A stretch of DNA of 64,000 bases from Escherichia coli (GTDB lineage: Bacteria > Pseudomonadota > Gammaproteobacteria > Enterobacterales > Enterobacteriaceae), in NCBI RefSeq assembly GCF_016026235.1, contig NZ_CP065613.1; one strand, given 5' to 3'. Made by a program: the position numbers and the translations under genes. The notes under the pieces were generated by a model. That model worked only from the letters and a program-made list of their open reading frames with translations, had not been told where the DNA came from and searched no databases. Below, one piece after another: positions 1 through 15,020 of this stretch (positions are counted from its first letter, which is position 1; each line of letters begins with the position of its first letter).

Positions 1-183
1 TGCGCCAGCAATGCCTCAGCGATGGCGCTTTCACTCCCCGTTCCTACCGCCATTGGCCGACGTCCATGCCAACTGAAGACCGTAGTGCCCTAATACTTCG
101 CGCCACGCTTTACGGTGCGTAGGCTCCGTATCCAGGATTGTGCCATCCATATCAAAAATTAAACCTGCATAACGCTCGTACAT
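1..183 (-). pseudogene. yqaB: yqaB-like HAD phosphatase, 5' part, apparently disrupted: ATG at 183-181, HAD motif I (DMDGT), in-frame stop at 31-33, second frame open to window edge
   Basis: Minus-strand translation from 183 gives MYERYAGLIFDMDGTILDTEPTHRKAWREVLGHYGLQ then LAWTSANGGRNGE-stop; a different frame reads SWHGRRPMAVGTGSESAIAEALLA to the edge. Confidence 0.5.
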
Positions 184-465
184 GGTCTTCTCGCAAGTCG
201 AAAAATATGACGCTACTTTAGCGTAATTGCTTGATTTTGTCGCTGATGGAGAAGGAGAAGAAAATTCAGGAAATGGATAAAGTAGTTATTTAGAAATGAG
301 ATATTTTTGAAGGAAATTTTTTGGAGAATATGGTGCATCTGGGAGGATTACTCGCCTTGCGGCTCGCCCTTCGGGCCGTTGCTAAAGCAACGTTATCCTC
401 CCTGGTGCCTGCAGTTAATACCCCTACCTCTTCGATATCTTCATTGCTGAAGATTTCGGAGAATA

Positions 466-542
466 TGGTGCATCCGGGAGGATTCGAACCTCCGACCGCT
501 CGGTTCGTAGCCGAGTACTCTATCCAGCTGAGCTACGGATGC
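466..542 (-). tRNA. tRNA-Arg (anticodon ACG)
   Basis: 77-nt reverse complement reads GCATCCGTAGCTCAGCTGGATAGAGTACTCGGCTACGAACCGAGCGGTCGGAGGTTCGAATCCTCCCGGATGCACCA. Confidence 0.95.
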
Positions 543-740
543 ATCGGGAAAATTTATTTTACTGCTGATATTGATATCGCTACTAAAGCCATATCAAGTA
601 AGAGATGGTGCATCCGAGAGGATTACTCGCCTTGCGGCTCGCCCTTCGGGCCGTTGCTGGCGCAACGTTATCCTCCCTGGTGCCTGCGGTTAATTCCGCT
701 ACCTCTTCGATATCTTCATTGCTGAAGATTTCGGAGAATA

Positions 741-817
741 TGGTGCATCCGGGAGGATTCGAACCTCCGACCGCTCGGTTCGTAGCCGAGTACTCTATCC
801 AGCTGAGCTACGGATGC
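741..817 (-). tRNA. tRNA-Arg (anticodon ACG)
   Basis: Identical 77-nt tRNA sequence to 466-542. Confidence 0.95.
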
Positions 818-1016
818 ATCGGGAAACTTACTTTACTGCAGATTTTTTGATACCGCTACTAAAGCCGTATCAAGTAAGAGATGGTGCATCCGGGAGGATT
901 ACTCGCCTTGCGGCTCGCCCTTCGGGCCGTTGCTAAAGCAACGTTATCCTCCCTAGTGCCTACGGTTAGTACCGCCACCTCTTCCATACCTTCATCGCTG
1001 AAAGTTACGGAGAATA

Positions 1017-1093
1017 TGGTGCATCCGGGAGGATTCGAACCTCCGACCGCTCGGTTCGTAGCCGAGTACTCTATCCAGCTGAGCTACGGATGC
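1017..1093 (-). tRNA. tRNA-Arg (anticodon ACG)
   Basis: Identical 77-nt tRNA sequence to 466-542. Confidence 0.95.
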
Positions 1094-1096
1094 AAA

Positions 1097-1189
1097 TGGC
1101 GGTGAGGCGGGGATTCGAACCCCGGATGCAGCTTTTGACCGCATACTCCCTTAGCAGGGGAGCGCCTTCAGCCTCTCGGCCACCTCACC
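1097..1189 (-). tRNA. serV: tRNA-Ser (anticodon GCU)
   Basis: 93-nt reverse complement GGTGAGGTGGCCGAGAGGCTGAAGG...CCGCCTCACCGCCA with long variable arm and GCU anticodon. Confidence 0.9.
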
Positions 1190-1471
1190 ACACGCCTCTT
1201 ACGAGTGCTTCGAAGAACTTGTTTATCGCTCATCGTCGCTGCGTGGCGCACATATTACTTTCTGAGACTTATAAGTCAAACAATTTTTCCCACACTTTTA
1301 TCGTTTGCACACTTCACGCTCAATTAGTCTGTAAAAACGTCAAAAAGAGTGTTTTATCAACAGAAAAACGGAGGTCTGACAGATAGCAGTAATGTAAAAA
1401 AATGGAGACTTAAGTTGAATGAACGGGAGTAAAGCGAAAAGACTATAGAGTGAAGGAGAAATTTTGAGGGT

Positions 1472-1497
1472 GCGTCTCACCGATAAAGATGAGACGC
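1472..1497 (-). terminator. Hairpin just downstream of csrA (7-bp stem gcgtctc/gagacgc), putative terminator
   Basis: Inverted repeat 1472-1478 / 1491-1497 immediately 3' of the csrA stop; weak U-tract. Confidence 0.4.
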
Positions 1498-1504
1498 GGA
1501 AAGA

Positions 1505-1690
1505 TTAGTAACTGGACTGCTGGGATTTTTCAGCCTGGATACGCTGGTAGATCTCTTCACGGTGAACAGAAACTTCCTTCGGGGCATTTACGCCAATACG
1601 TACCTGGTTGCCCTTTACCCCTAAAACTGTCACGGTGACCTCATCCCCAATCATGAGGGTCTCACCAACTCGACGAGTCAGAATCAGCAT
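1505..1690 (-). CDS. csrA: Carbon storage regulator CsrA (61 aa)
   Basis: Translation [61 protein letters not shown]. Confidence 0.98.
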
Positions 1691-1924
1691 TCTTTGCTCC
1701 TTGAAAGATTAAAAGAGTCGGGTCTCTCTGTATCCCGGCATTATCCATCATATAACGCCAAAAAGTAAGCAATGACAAACACATTACATCTAAGCAGTCA
1801 TGGCATTACATTCTGTTAAACCTAAGTTTAGCCGATATACACAACTTCAACCTGACTTTATCGTTGTCGATAGCGTTAATGCGAATGCCGTGAAGCGAGT
1901 CCACGGCATTGCCTGACGCTTATA

Positions 1925-4555
1925 TTATTGCAATTTCGCGCTGACCCAGCCTTTCACACTGGCTAACGCTGCAGGTAAGGCCGCAGCATCCGTACCACCG
2001 GCTTGCGCCATGTCAGGACGTCCACCACCCTTGCCGCCCACCTGCTGAGCGACCATACCAATCAGTTCCCCTGCTTTCACACGATCTGTGACGTCCTTAG
2101 ATACGCCTGCAATCAGAGAAACCTTACCTTCGGCTACCGTTGCCAGCACGATAATTGTCGACCCCAGCTGATTTTTTAAATCGTCAACCATGGTACGCAA
2201 CATTTTCGGCTCAACACCGCTAAGCTCGCTAACCAACAGCTTAACACCATTAACATCAATTGCCTTACTGGAAAGATTTGCGCTCTCCTGTGCGGCAGCT
2301 TGTTCTTTAAGCTGTTGTAGTTCTTTTTCTAACTGACGCGTACGTTCCAGTACTGAGCGCACTTTATCAGCCAGATTATTGCTATCGCCTTTCAGCAGAT
2401 GTGCGACTTCGCTTAAGCGATCGCTGTCTGCATGAACGGTGGCGATAGCGCCTTCTCCGGTTACCGCTTCGATACGACGAACGCCTGCAGCAGTGCCCGA
2501 TTCAGAGATGATGCGGAACAGACCAATATCACCAGTGCGGCTGGCGTGAGTACCGCCACACAGCTCGGTGGAGAAATCGCCCATGCTCAGCACGCGTACG
2601 CGCTCATCATACTTCTCGCCGAACAGCGCCATCGCACCTTTCGCTTTCGCCGCTTCGAGATCCATGATGTTGGTTTCGATCGGCAAATTGCGACGAATCT
2701 GTGCGTTCACCAGGTCTTCGACCGCACGAATCTCTTCTGGTTTCATCGCTTCGTTGTGTGAGAAGTCGAAGCGCAGCACCTTGTCGTTAACCAGTGAACC
2801 TTTCTGCGATACATGAGTACCCAGAACCTGGCGCAGCGCAGCGTGCATCAGGTGCGTTGCGGAGTGATTCAGACGAATACGGGCGCGACGAGCCTCATCA
2901 ACATCAGCCTGCACAGCGTCGCCCACTTTCAGAGAACCCGCAGCAAGTTTACCGATGTGACCAATCGCCTGGCCGTATTTCTGCGTATCTTCCACCACGA
3001 AGGAGAAGTTAGCGCCTTTCAGTTCGCCTTTATCACCAACCTGACCGCCGGATTCCGCATAGAATGGCGTTTGATCCAGCACGACCACAGCTTCCTGGCC
3101 TGCATTGATGGCATCAACCGCTTTACCATCAACAAACAGCGCGGTCACTTTGCCGTTCAGTTCCAGATGGTCATAGCCTTTAAATTCAGATGCACTGTCA
3201 ACACGGATCATTGCGTTGTAATCGGCACCAAAGCCGCTGGCTTCGCGCGCCCGACGACGCTGCTCTTCCATTGCTGCTTCAAAACCAGCTTCGTCAACTT
3301 TGATGTTGCGCTCACGACAAACATCAGCCGTCAGGTCAACCGGGAAGCCATAGGTGTCGTACAGACGGAAAGCAGTTTCACCATCCAGCGTATCACCAGA
3401 AAGTTTTGCCAGCTCTTCATCCAGCAACGCCAGACCGCGCTCCAGAGTACGAGCAAACTGCTCTTCTTCAGTCTTCAGCACCTGCTCAACCTGCGCCTGC
3501 TGGCGTTTCAGGTCTTCACCCGCAGAGCCCATAACGTCGATCAGCGGACCAACCAGTTTGTAGAAGAAGGTTTCTTTCGCGCCGAGCATATTACCGTGAC
3601 GCACTGCGCGACGAATGATACGACGCAGTACATAACCACGGTTTTCATTGGACGGCATTACGCCATCCGCGATCAGGAACGCACAAGAACGAATGTGGTC
3701 AGCGATTACGCGCAGCGATTTATTGCTCAGATCGGTTGCGCCAGTGACTTTCGCTACCGCCTGAATCAACGTGCGGAACAGGTCGATGTCATAGTTAGAG
3801 TTAACGTGTTGCAGCACCGCAGCAATACGCTCCAGACCCATACCGGTATCTACAGACGGCTTCGGCAGCGGTTCCATCGTGCCATCGGCCTGGCGGTTGA
3901 ACTGCATGAAAACGATGTTCCAGATCTCAATGTAGCGGTCGCCGTCTTCTTCCGGACTTCCCGGAGGGCCACCCCAAATGTGGTCGCCGTGATCGTAGAA
4001 GATTTCGGTGCACGGGCCGCACGGACCAGTGTCACCCATCTGCCAGAAGTTGTCAGATGCGTATGGCGCACCTTTGTTATCGCCGATGCGAATAATACGT
4101 TCGCGCGGGATCCCGACTTCTTTTTCCCAGATTTCGTAGGCTTCGTCGTCGCTTTCATAGACGGTAACCCACAGACGCTCTTTCGGCAGGGCAAACCATT
4201 TTTCGCTGGTCAGCAGTTCCCATGCAAACTGAATGGCATCGTGTTTGAAATAGTCGCCGAAGCTGAAGTTGCCCAGCATTTCGAAGAAGGTATGGTGACG
4301 CGCGGTGTAACCGACGTTTTCCAGGTCGTTGTGTTTACCACCCGCACGCACGCAGCGTTGGGAAGTGGTAGCGCGGGAATAATTACGCTTGTCGAGCCCA
4401 AGGAACACATCCTTGAACTGGTTCATCCCGGCGTTGGTAAACAACAAAGTTGGGTCGTTATGGGGTACCAGGGAGCTGCTGGCAACTACCTGATGTCCCT
4501 TACTATGGAAAAAGTCGAGAAACGCCTGACGGATCTCAGCGGTGCTCTTGCTCAT
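1925..4555 (-). CDS. alaS: Alanine--tRNA ligase (876 aa)
   Basis: Full-length ORF, N-terminus [21 protein letters not shown], class II aaRS. Confidence 0.97.
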   Translation of the reverse strand: MSKSTAEIRQAFLDFFHSKGHQVVASSSLVPHNDPTLLFTNAGMNQFKDVFLGLDKRNYSRATTSQRCVRAGGKHNDLENVGYTARHHTFFEMLGNFSFGDYFKHDAIQFAWELLTSEKWFALPKERLWVTVYESDDEAYEIWEKEVGIPRERIIRIGDNKGAPYASDNFWQMGDTGPCGPCTEIFYDHGDHIWGGPPGSPEEDGDRYIEIWNIVFMQFNRQADGTMEPLPKPSVDTGMGLERIAAVLQHVNSNYDIDLFRTLIQAVAKVTGATDLSNKSLRVIADHIRSCAFLIADGVMPSNENRGYVLRRIIRRAVRHGNMLGAKETFFYKLVGPLIDVMGSAGEDLKRQQAQVEQVLKTEEEQFARTLERGLALLDEELAKLSGDTLDGETAFRLYDTYGFPVDLTADVCRERNIKVDEAGFEAAMEEQRRRAREASGFGADYNAMIRVDSASEFKGYDHLELNGKVTALFVDGKAVDAINAGQEAVVVLDQTPFYAESGGQVGDKGELKGANFSFVVEDTQKYGQAIGHIGKLAAGSLKVGDAVQADVDEARRARIRLNHSATHLMHAALRQVLGTHVSQKGSLVNDKVLRFDFSHNEAMKPEEIRAVEDLVNAQIRRNLPIETNIMDLEAAKAKGAMALFGEKYDERVRVLSMGDFSTELCGGTHASRTGDIGLFRIISESGTAAGVRRIEAVTGEGAIATVHADSDRLSEVAHLLKGDSNNLADKVRSVLERTRQLEKELQQLKEQAAAQESANLSSKAIDVNGVKLLVSELSGVEPKMLRTMVDDLKNQLGSTIIVLATVAEGKVSLIAGVSKDVTDRVKAGELIGMVAQQVGGKGGGRPDMAQAGGTDAAALPAALASVKGWVSAKLQ

Positions 4556-4682
4556 AATTATCCTGAAATCAAGCTAACGAAATATCGCCACCAGCTCCAG
4601 CGTGTCTTAACCGCCGGGCTGGTAACTGAAAAGTGGGAATAAGATAAGTTTTCTTGACTGGGAAGTAAAATACCGTATGCGT

Positions 4683-5183
4683 TCAGTCGGCAAAATTTCG
4701 CCAAATATCCTGGATATCTTCCATCAGATAGCCACGATAGAGCAGAAAACGCTGGATCTTAACTTTTTCTGAAAAGACAGTTGGCAAAGGTTCACCATAT
4801 TTTCGCGTCGCCTGATCGCGCGCCAGTGCGCACCAGTCGATGTCACATTCACGCATCGCTTTTTCTGTCGCTTCGCGGGAAATACCTTTCTGATTCAGTT
4901 CCTGGCGAATACGCGCAGGTCCATAACCTTTGCGGCTACGGCTGGCGATAAAGCGCGCAACAAATCGGCTGTCATCGAGATAGCCATGTTCATGGCACCA
5001 GGCAATAACGCGCTCGTAATCTTCTGCCGTAGCATCAATCTCTTCTGGGCCATTTTTGCCCATAATCGGTGCCGTGAGTTTACGTCGCAGTTCTTGCTCA
5101 CTGTGATCGCGCACCGCCAGAATGCGTACCGCACGATCCAACAGGCGAGCATATGCCGGGCGACGGGACGTTGATTCTGTCAT
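4683..5183 (-). CDS. recX: RecA inhibitor RecX (166 aa)
   Basis: ORF directly downstream of recA; translation [32 protein letters not shown]. Confidence 0.95.
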   Translation of the reverse strand: MTESTSRRPAYARLLDRAVRILAVRDHSEQELRRKLTAPIMGKNGPEEIDATAEDYERVIAWCHEHGYLDDSRFVARFIASRSRKGYGPARIRQELNQKGISREATEKAMRECDIDWCALARDQATRKYGEPLPTVFSEKVKIQRFLLYRGYLMEDIQDIWRNFAD

Positions 5184-5201
5184 GGCATATCCTTACAACT
5201 T

Positions 5202-5231
5202 AAAAAAGCAAAAGGGCCGCAGATGCGACCC
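5202..5231 (-). terminator. recA intrinsic terminator between recA and recX
   Basis: Minus-strand hairpin GGGUCGCA-ucu-UGCGGCCC followed by UUUUGCUUUUUU. Confidence 0.7.
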
Positions 5232-5251
5232 TTGTGTATCAAACAAGACGA

Positions 5252-6392
<1,141 letters not shown>

Positions 6393-6890
6393 TCAAGTGT
6401 TTTGTAGAAATTGTTGCCACAAGGTCTGCAATGCATACGCAGTAGCCTGACGACGCACCGCATCACGGTCGCCGCTGAAGCATTCCCGCCGGGTAATGCC
6501 TTCACCGCGGGCAGTGGCAAAAGCAAACCAGACGGTGCCGACAGGCTTCTCTTCACTGCCGCCATCCGGCCCGGCGATACCACTAATAGACACGGCATAA
6601 TCAGCACGAGCCGCTTTCAGTGCACCTATCGCCATTTCCACCACGACGGGTTCACTCACCGCGCCATGCTGCGCCAGCGTCTCTTCGCGTACGCCGATCA
6701 TTTGCGCTTTCGCTTCGTTACTGTAGGTGACAAATCCGCGTTCAAACCAGGCGGAACTGCCGGCAATATCGGTAATCACTTTCGCTACCCAACCGCCGGT
6801 ACAAGACTCAGCAGTTGTTACGGTTGCGCCACGGGCTTTCAGCGCCTGCCCAACCTGTTCGCTTAACTGCATCAGTTCACTGTCAGTCAT
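6393..6890 (-). CDS. pncC: NMN amidohydrolase PncC / CinA-like (165 aa)
   Basis: Translation MTDSELMQLSEQVGQALKARGATVTTAESCTGGWVAKVITD. Confidence 0.9.
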   Translation of the reverse strand: MTDSELMQLSEQVGQALKARGATVTTAESCTGGWVAKVITDIAGSSAWFERGFVTYSNEAKAQMIGVREETLAQHGAVSEPVVVEMAIGALKAARADYAVSISGIAGPDGGSEEKPVGTVWFAFATARGEGITRRECFSGDRDAVRRQATAYALQTLWQQFLQNT

Positions 6891-7034
6891 CACAACCTCT
6901 GTCAGTCAAAAATTTATGCCGGACAAGATAGCACTTTCGTCAGGAAGATGGTGTTGGCGTTGCAATTTTACGAGGAGGATTCAGAAAAAAGCTGATTAGC
7001 CAGAGGGAAGCTCACGCCCCCCTCTTGCAAATAG

Positions 7035-8120
7035 TTACTGCACGCGCGCCAGCGCCACGGCTTGTCCTAACTGCCAGACCGCCATTGCGTAATGGGTACT
7101 GTGGTTATAACGGGTAATGGTGTAGAAGTTCGGCAGACCGTACCAGTACTGGTAACCGGTACCGACATCCAGACGCAGCAGGCTGGCTTGTTGATGGTTG
7201 CCCAGCGGCTGCTGTGGCGTTAAACCTGCCGCGGCAAGCTGCGAAATGCTGTACCTGGTTTTGAAGCCATTTGGCAAGCCTGGAGCCTGACCGTTTGCCA
7301 TTACCGCGACCTGATCGCCTTTCACCCAGCCGTGCGCTTTGAAATAGTTCGCCACGCTACCGATCGCATCAACCGGATCCCACAGGTTGATATGCCCGTC
7401 GCCGCTGAAATCTACCGCATATTGTTTGTAAGACGACGGCATAAACTGTCCGTAGCCCATCGCCCCGGCAAAGGAACCTTTCAGATTGAGCGGATCGTCC
7501 TGCTCGTCGCGCGCCATCAGCAGGAAGGTTTCCAGCTCGCCAGAGAAATACTCCGCGCGGCGTGGGTAGTTAAATGACAGCGTTGCCAGCGCATCGAGGA
7601 TGCGAGTTTTCCCCATCACGCGCCCCCAGCGGGTTTCAACGCCGATAATCCCGACGATAATTTCCGGCGGTACGCCATACACCTGCCACGCGCGATTCAA
7701 CGCATCTTCATACTGATTCCAGAAAACCACACCGTTCTGCACGTTGTCCGGCGTAATAAATTTTTTGCGATAACGCAGCCATGCGCCGTTCGGACCTGAT
7801 GGCGGTTTCACCGATGTGGTTGGTGCCTGGTTATCCATCAGCCGCAGTACCGAATCCAGACGTTTCGCCTGGGAGAGAATTTCCTGCAACTGCTGACGAT
7901 CGAAACCGTGTTTGTTCACCATTTTGTCGATGAACTGCTGGGCATTCGGGTTATTGGCGAAGTCGCCGCCCATCTGCATCACATTGTGCTGCGGCTCAAG
8001 CAGGAAGCCGCCAGACGGCGTTCCGGTGGTCGTATCAGTCTCAGTAGGTTTTGGCTTGCTGCTACAGGCGGCAAGCAACACAAAAAGGGGAAGCAATGTT
8101 ACATAACGACGCTTGAACAT
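7035..8120 (-). CDS. mltB: Membrane-bound lytic murein transglycosylase B (361 aa; start at MFKRRYV)
   Basis: Lipoprotein signal LLAACSS; the track ORF has a 35-codon upstream extension. Confidence 0.93.
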   Translation of the reverse strand: MFKRRYVTLLPLFVLLAACSSKPKPTETDTTTGTPSGGFLLEPQHNVMQMGGDFANNPNAQQFIDKMVNKHGFDRQQLQEILSQAKRLDSVLRLMDNQAPTTSVKPPSGPNGAWLRYRKKFITPDNVQNGVVFWNQYEDALNRAWQVYGVPPEIIVGIIGVETRWGRVMGKTRILDALATLSFNYPRRAEYFSGELETFLLMARDEQDDPLNLKGSFAGAMGYGQFMPSSYKQYAVDFSGDGHINLWDPVDAIGSVANYFKAHGWVKGDQVAVMANGQAPGLPNGFKTRYSISQLAAAGLTPQQPLGNHQQASLLRLDVGTGYQYWYGLPNFYTITRYNHSTHYAMAVWQLGQAVALARVQ

Positions 8121-8357
8121 GAGGGGTCCATTTAACAGATTCAACCAGGGGCAAGTATGGTAAAGCATCCCGCCCCGCACAAGGAAGCGGTAGTCACTGC
8201 CCGATACGGACTTTACATAACTCAACTCATTCTCCTCGCTATCCTTTTATTCAAACTTTCAAATTAAAATATTTATCTTTCATTTTGCGATCAAAATAAC
8301 ACTTTTAAATCTTTCAATCTGATTAGATTAGGTTGCCGTTTGGTAATAAAACAATAA

Positions 8358-9895
<1,538 letters not shown>

Positions 9896-9905
9896 AGGCT
9901 GAAAC

Positions 9906-11060
<1,155 letters not shown>

Positions 11061-11067
11061 TCAACAG

Positions 11068-11090
11068 CGGAGATCCGTTAAGGATCTCCG
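11068..11090 (+). terminator. Hairpin downstream of srlD (9-bp stem cggagatcc/ggatctccg), followed by a REP-like palindrome at about 11104-11132
   Basis: Perfect inverted repeat, 5-nt loop; no strong T-tract. Confidence 0.4.
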
Positions 11091-11165
11091 TGAGACTAAT
11101 AGAATGCCTGATGCGCTACGCTCATCAGGCATACAGGACTTCCGCCACTACATTAAGGAAAAGTT

Positions 11166-11525
11166 ATGGTATCCGCACTCATCACTGTCGCCGTTATCGC
11201 CTGGTGTGCGCAACTGGCCTTAGGCGGCTGGCAAATTTCTCGTTTTAACCGTGCCTTCGACACACTATGCCAGCAAGGGCGGGTTGGCGTGGGCCGTTCC
11301 AGCGGGCGCTTTAAACCGCGGGTCGTGGTCGCCATCGCGCTGGACGATCAGCAGCGCATCGTCGACACCTTGTTTATGAAAGGACTGACCGTCTTCGCAC
11401 GACCGCAAAAAATTCCCGAAATTACGGGCATGCATTCTGCTGATTTACAGCCCGATGTGATCTTTCCCCATGATCCACTATCACAGAATGCTCTATCATT
11501 GGCGCTTAAACTGAAACGTGGATAA
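11166..11525 (+). CDS. gutM: Glucitol operon activator GutM (119 aa)
   Basis: Position between srlD and srlR; size. Confidence 0.9.
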   Translation: MVSALITVAVIAWCAQLALGGWQISRFNRAFDTLCQQGRVGVGRSSGRFKPRVVVAIALDDQQRIVDTLFMKGLTVFARPQKIPEITGMHSADLQPDVIFPHDPLSQNALSLALKLKRG

Positions 11526-11591
11526 TTTCGTTGTGAATGTTACTTGCTTGCGAAGTTATCATTTTGAAACCTAAATCAGGTAATCACGCCC

Positions 11592-12365
11592 ATGAAACCT
11601 CGTCAGCGTCAGGCCGCCATTCTGGAGTATCTGCAAAAGCAGGGTAAATGCTCGGTTGAAGAATTGGCGCAATACTTTGACACCACAGGCACAACCATTC
11701 GCAAAGATCTGGTCATTCTGGAACATGCCGGAACCGTCATTCGTACTTATGGCGGAGTGGTGTTGAATAAAGAGGAATCCGATCCGCCTATCGATCATAA
11801 AACACTCATCAACACCCACAAGAAAGAGCTGATTGCAGAAGCTGCCGTTAGTTTTATCCATGATGGCGATTCGATCATTCTTGATGCTGGCAGTACCGTT
11901 TTGCAGATGGTTCCCCTGCTCTCGCGCTTTAATAACATCACGGTGATGACCAACAGCCTGCATATCGTCAATGCGCTATCCGAACTGGATAACGAACAAA
12001 CTATCCTGATGCCAGGCGGAACGTTTCGCAAAAAATCGGCCTCATTTCACGGGCAACTGGCAGAGAATACCTTCGAGCATTTCACCTTCGATAAATTGTT
12101 TATGGGCACCGACGGCATCGATCTCAATGCGGGCGTAACCACCTTTAACGAGGTTTATACCGTCAGTAAGGCAATGTGCAATGCCGCGCGCGAAGTGATT
12201 TTGATGGCGGACTCATCAAAGTTTGGCCGTAAAAGCCCCAACGTAGTTTGCAGTCTTGAAAGCGTCGATAAGCTGATTACCGACGCAGGTATCGATCCGG
12301 CGTTTCGTCAGGCGCTGGAAGAGAAAGGGATCGATGTGATCATAACCGGAGAGAGCAATGAGTGA
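11592..12365 (+). CDS. srlR: DeoR-family glucitol repressor (257 aa)
   Basis: N-terminal [32 protein letters not shown]. Confidence 0.93.
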   Translation: MKPRQRQAAILEYLQKQGKCSVEELAQYFDTTGTTIRKDLVILEHAGTVIRTYGGVVLNKEESDPPIDHKTLINTHKKELIAEAAVSFIHDGDSIILDAGSTVLQMVPLLSRFNNITVMTNSLHIVNALSELDNEQTILMPGGTFRKKSASFHGQLAENTFEHFTFDKLFMGTDGIDLNAGVTTFNEVYTVSKAMCNAAREVILMADSSKFGRKSPNVVCSLESVDKLITDAGIDPAFRQALEEKGIDVIITGESNE

Positions 12366-13323
12366 AGCACTACTGAACGCGGGACGTCAGACGTTAATGC
12401 TGGAGTTGCAGGAAGCAAGCCGTTTACCGGAACGTCTGGGCGATGATTTTGTTCGCGCCGCCAATATCATCCTGCACTGCGAAGGCAAAGTGGTGGTTTC
12501 GGGAATTGGCAAATCGGGCCACATTGGTAAGAAAATCGCCGCAACACTTGCCAGTACCGGCACACCGGCTTTTTTTGTCCATCCGGCAGAAGCACTGCAC
12601 GGCGATCTGGGGATGATTGAAAGCCGCGATGTGATGCTGTTTATCTCTTACTCCGGTGGCGCGAAGGAACTGGATCTGATTATTCCGCGTCTGGAAGATA
12701 AATCTATCGCGCTGCTGGCGATGACCGGCAAACCGACGTCACCGCTGGGCCTGGCGGCAAAAGCGGTGCTGGATATCTCCGTAGAACGCGAAGCCTGCCC
12801 GATGCACCTTGCGCCGACCTCCAGCACCGTCAATACCCTGATGATGGGTGACGCGCTGGCGATGGCGGTCATGCAGGCGCGCGGATTTAATGAAGAAGAT
12901 TTTGCCCGCTCCCACCCAGCCGGGGCACTGGGCGCTCGCTTGCTGAATAAAGTGCATCATCTGATGCGCCGTGACGATGCCATCCCACAGGTGGCGTTAA
13001 CCGCCAGCGTGATGGATGCGATGCTGGAACTCAGCCGCACCGGTCTGGGGCTGGTGGCGGTATGTGACGCTCAACAACAGGTACAAGGCGTCTTTACCGA
13101 CGGCGATTTACGTCGCTGGCTGGTAGGCGGCGGCGCACTCACCACGCCAGTTAATGAAGCGATGACGACAGGCGGCACCACGTTACAGGCGCAAAGTCGC
13201 GCCATCGACGCCAAAGAGATCCTGATGAAGCGCAAAATCACTGCCGCACCGGTGGTGGATGAAAACGGCAAACTCACCGGCGCAATTAACCTGCAGGATT
13301 TCTATCAGGCCGGGATTATTTAA
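12358..13323 (+). CDS. gutQ: Arabinose-5-phosphate isomerase GutQ (SIS + CBS domains, 321 aa)
   Basis: SIS motif [15 protein letters not shown]; operon context. Confidence 0.93.
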   Translation: MSEALLNAGRQTLMLELQEASRLPERLGDDFVRAANIILHCEGKVVVSGIGKSGHIGKKIAATLASTGTPAFFVHPAEALHGDLGMIESRDVMLFISYSGGAKELDLIIPRLEDKSIALLAMTGKPTSPLGLAAKAVLDISVEREACPMHLAPTSSTVNTLMMGDALAMAVMQARGFNEEDFARSHPAGALGARLLNKVHHLMRRDDAIPQVALTASVMDAMLELSRTGLGLVAVCDAQQQVQGVFTDGDLRRWLVGGGALTTPVNEAMTTGGTTLQAQSRAIDAKEILMKRKITAAPVVDENGKLTGAINLQDFYQAGII

Positions 13324-14834
13324 TCCTTCAATCCCAGACGTTTCGCCAGCCGATGCAGGTTGGCGACGTCGGTTTCCAGCATCCGCGCGCAGGCAGCCCA
13401 GTTGTGATGATTTTGTGCCAGTGCCTGGCGAATGGTTTCACGCTGGAACGCTTCTGTCGCTTCACGCAGGTTTTGCTTAACAACGGGCACCGCCGCCGCT
13501 TCTGGCGGCGGCAACGTCACCTCAGGAAAAGCAAAATGTTGCGCCTCAAGAATCACTTCATCGCCGTTGCGGGTGGCTCTCGCCAGCACTACCGCCCGAT
13601 GAATAGCATGTTCCAGTTCGCGCACGTTCCCCGGAAAACGATAGTGTTGCAGTAAATTTCGCGCTCCGGCACTTAATACCACGCGGGAGAGCCCCAGCCG
13701 CAAACGACACTGCTCGCAGAAATACCCCGCCAGCAGAATGACATCATCGCCCCGCTCACGCAGCGGCGGCACCGAAAGTGGAAACACGCTCAGGCGATGA
13801 AACAAGTCAGCGCGAAATCGCCCTGCCAGCACCTCTTCGCGTAAGTCGCGGTTAGTCGCCGCCAGCACGCGCACATCGACCCGCAAACTACGGTCATCGC
13901 CAACGCGCTGAATATCGCCATACTGCAACACCCTCAGCAGCTTGGCCTGCAATGCCAACGACAACTCGCCGATCTCATCCAGAAACAGAGTGCCGTTATC
14001 CGCCATTTCAAACTTCCCGCTGCGGTTACTGATAGCGCCAGTAAACGCTCCTTTCACATGCCCGAACAACTCACTTTCCGCCACACTTTCCGGCAGTGCA
14101 GCACAGTTGAGATAGACCAGCGGATTCACCGCCCGTGGCGAGGCTTCATGAATCGCTTTCGCCACCAGCTCCTTACCGGTTCCCGTCTCACCGCTGATCA
14201 GGACGTTGAGATCGGACGCCGCCACAATCTCAATCTCTTTTTTCAGTTGCGTCATGCCAGGGGACAAGCCAATCATCTGCGTCTGTTTCACCGCTTCAAA
14301 CGGCGTGGCATCGCCTGGCATCATATTCTGGCTTTCCAGTTGTTCAATCAGCAACGCATTGCTTAACGCTCCCGCCGCCAGCGCAGCAATCAGCCGTAGC
14401 TCTTCGTCGCTGAAAACATCGAACTGATCGGGCTGCATCCCGTCGAGCGTCAGTGCGCCGATCAGGTTTTGTCCGGCAAACAATGGCAGACCAACGCAGG
14501 CGTGAACCTTCAGACTCTCCTGCCCAGGAATCAAACCGTCATAGGGATCGGGCAATTCGCTGTCTGCGGGAAAGCGCACCACATCCCCGGCGCGGGCAAT
14601 CGCTTCCAGCCGTGGATGCCCTTCCAGCGCAAAGCGTCTACCGAGTACATCCTTCGCCAGCCCGTCGATGGCAAGGGGAATAAACTGCCGCGAGTCATAA
14701 CGTAGCAACGCAGAGGCATCACACTCCAGCACCTGACGCAGCGTGGTGATCAGGCGCTGAAAACGATCCTGATGACCAATCCCACGCTGCAATTCGATGG
14801 CGATATTCGCCAGCACATCAACGGAAAAACTCAT
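13320..14834 (-). CDS. norR: NO-responsive sigma54 activator NorR (504 aa; start at MSFSVDV)
   Basis: GAF + AAA+ ([14 protein letters not shown]) + HTH; divergent from norVW. Confidence 0.95.
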   Translation of the reverse strand: MSFSVDVLANIAIELQRGIGHQDRFQRLITTLRQVLECDASALLRYDSRQFIPLAIDGLAKDVLGRRFALEGHPRLEAIARAGDVVRFPADSELPDPYDGLIPGQESLKVHACVGLPLFAGQNLIGALTLDGMQPDQFDVFSDEELRLIAALAAGALSNALLIEQLESQNMMPGDATPFEAVKQTQMIGLSPGMTQLKKEIEIVAASDLNVLISGETGTGKELVAKAIHEASPRAVNPLVYLNCAALPESVAESELFGHVKGAFTGAISNRSGKFEMADNGTLFLDEIGELSLALQAKLLRVLQYGDIQRVGDDRSLRVDVRVLAATNRDLREEVLAGRFRADLFHRLSVFPLSVPPLRERGDDVILLAGYFCEQCRLRLGLSRVVLSAGARNLLQHYRFPGNVRELEHAIHRAVVLARATRNGDEVILEAQHFAFPEVTLPPPEAAAVPVVKQNLREATEAFQRETIRQALAQNHHNWAACARMLETDVANLHRLAKRLGLKD

Positions 14835-14846
14835 CTTTGCCTCACT

Positions 14847-14902
14847 GTCAATTTGACTATAGATATTGTCATATCGACCATTTGATTGATAGTCATTTTG
14901 AC
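14847..14902. promoter_or_regulatory. Three NorR enhancer sites (GTCA-N7-(T)GAC) in the norR-norV intergenic region
   Basis: gtcaatttgac (14847-14857), gtcatatcgac (14868-14878), gtcattttgac (14892-14902). Confidence 0.75.
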
Positions 14903-14957
14903 TACTCATTAAGGAGCATAATTTTATTTATAGAGTAAAAACAATCAGATAAAAAAC

Positions 14958-14973
14958 TGGCACGCAATCTGCA
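14958..14973 (+). promoter_or_regulatory. sigma54 promoter of norVW (TGGCAC-N5-cTGCA)
   Basis: tggcacgcaatctgca, 48 nt upstream of the norV ATG. Confidence 0.8.
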
Positions 14974-15020
14974 ATTAGCAAGACATCTTTTTAGAACACG
15001 CTGAATAAATTGAGGTTGCT

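Larger units (their letters stand above)
321..1093 (-). repeat. Three tandem ~276-bp modules, each a tRNA-Arg gene plus a ~199-bp spacer that begins with a 19-nt copy of the tRNA 3' end
   Basis: tRNA copies start at 466, 741 and 1017 (period 275-276); spacer copies at 321, 605 and 881 are near-identical. Confidence 0.85.

Noticed and set aside
321-1386. Four plus-strand ORFs (134, 81, 74, 98 aa) with repeated MVHPGGFEPPTARFVAEYSIQLSYGC peptides
   Set aside because: They read antisense through the tRNA-Arg and tRNA-Ser genes and their repeated spacers; the repetition comes from the tRNA array, not from coding sequence.
2813-4642. 609-aa ORF on the plus strand
   Set aside because: Entirely antisense to alaS; no start context or recognisable protein features. 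Long antisense open frames are common opposite GC-rich, highly expressed genes.
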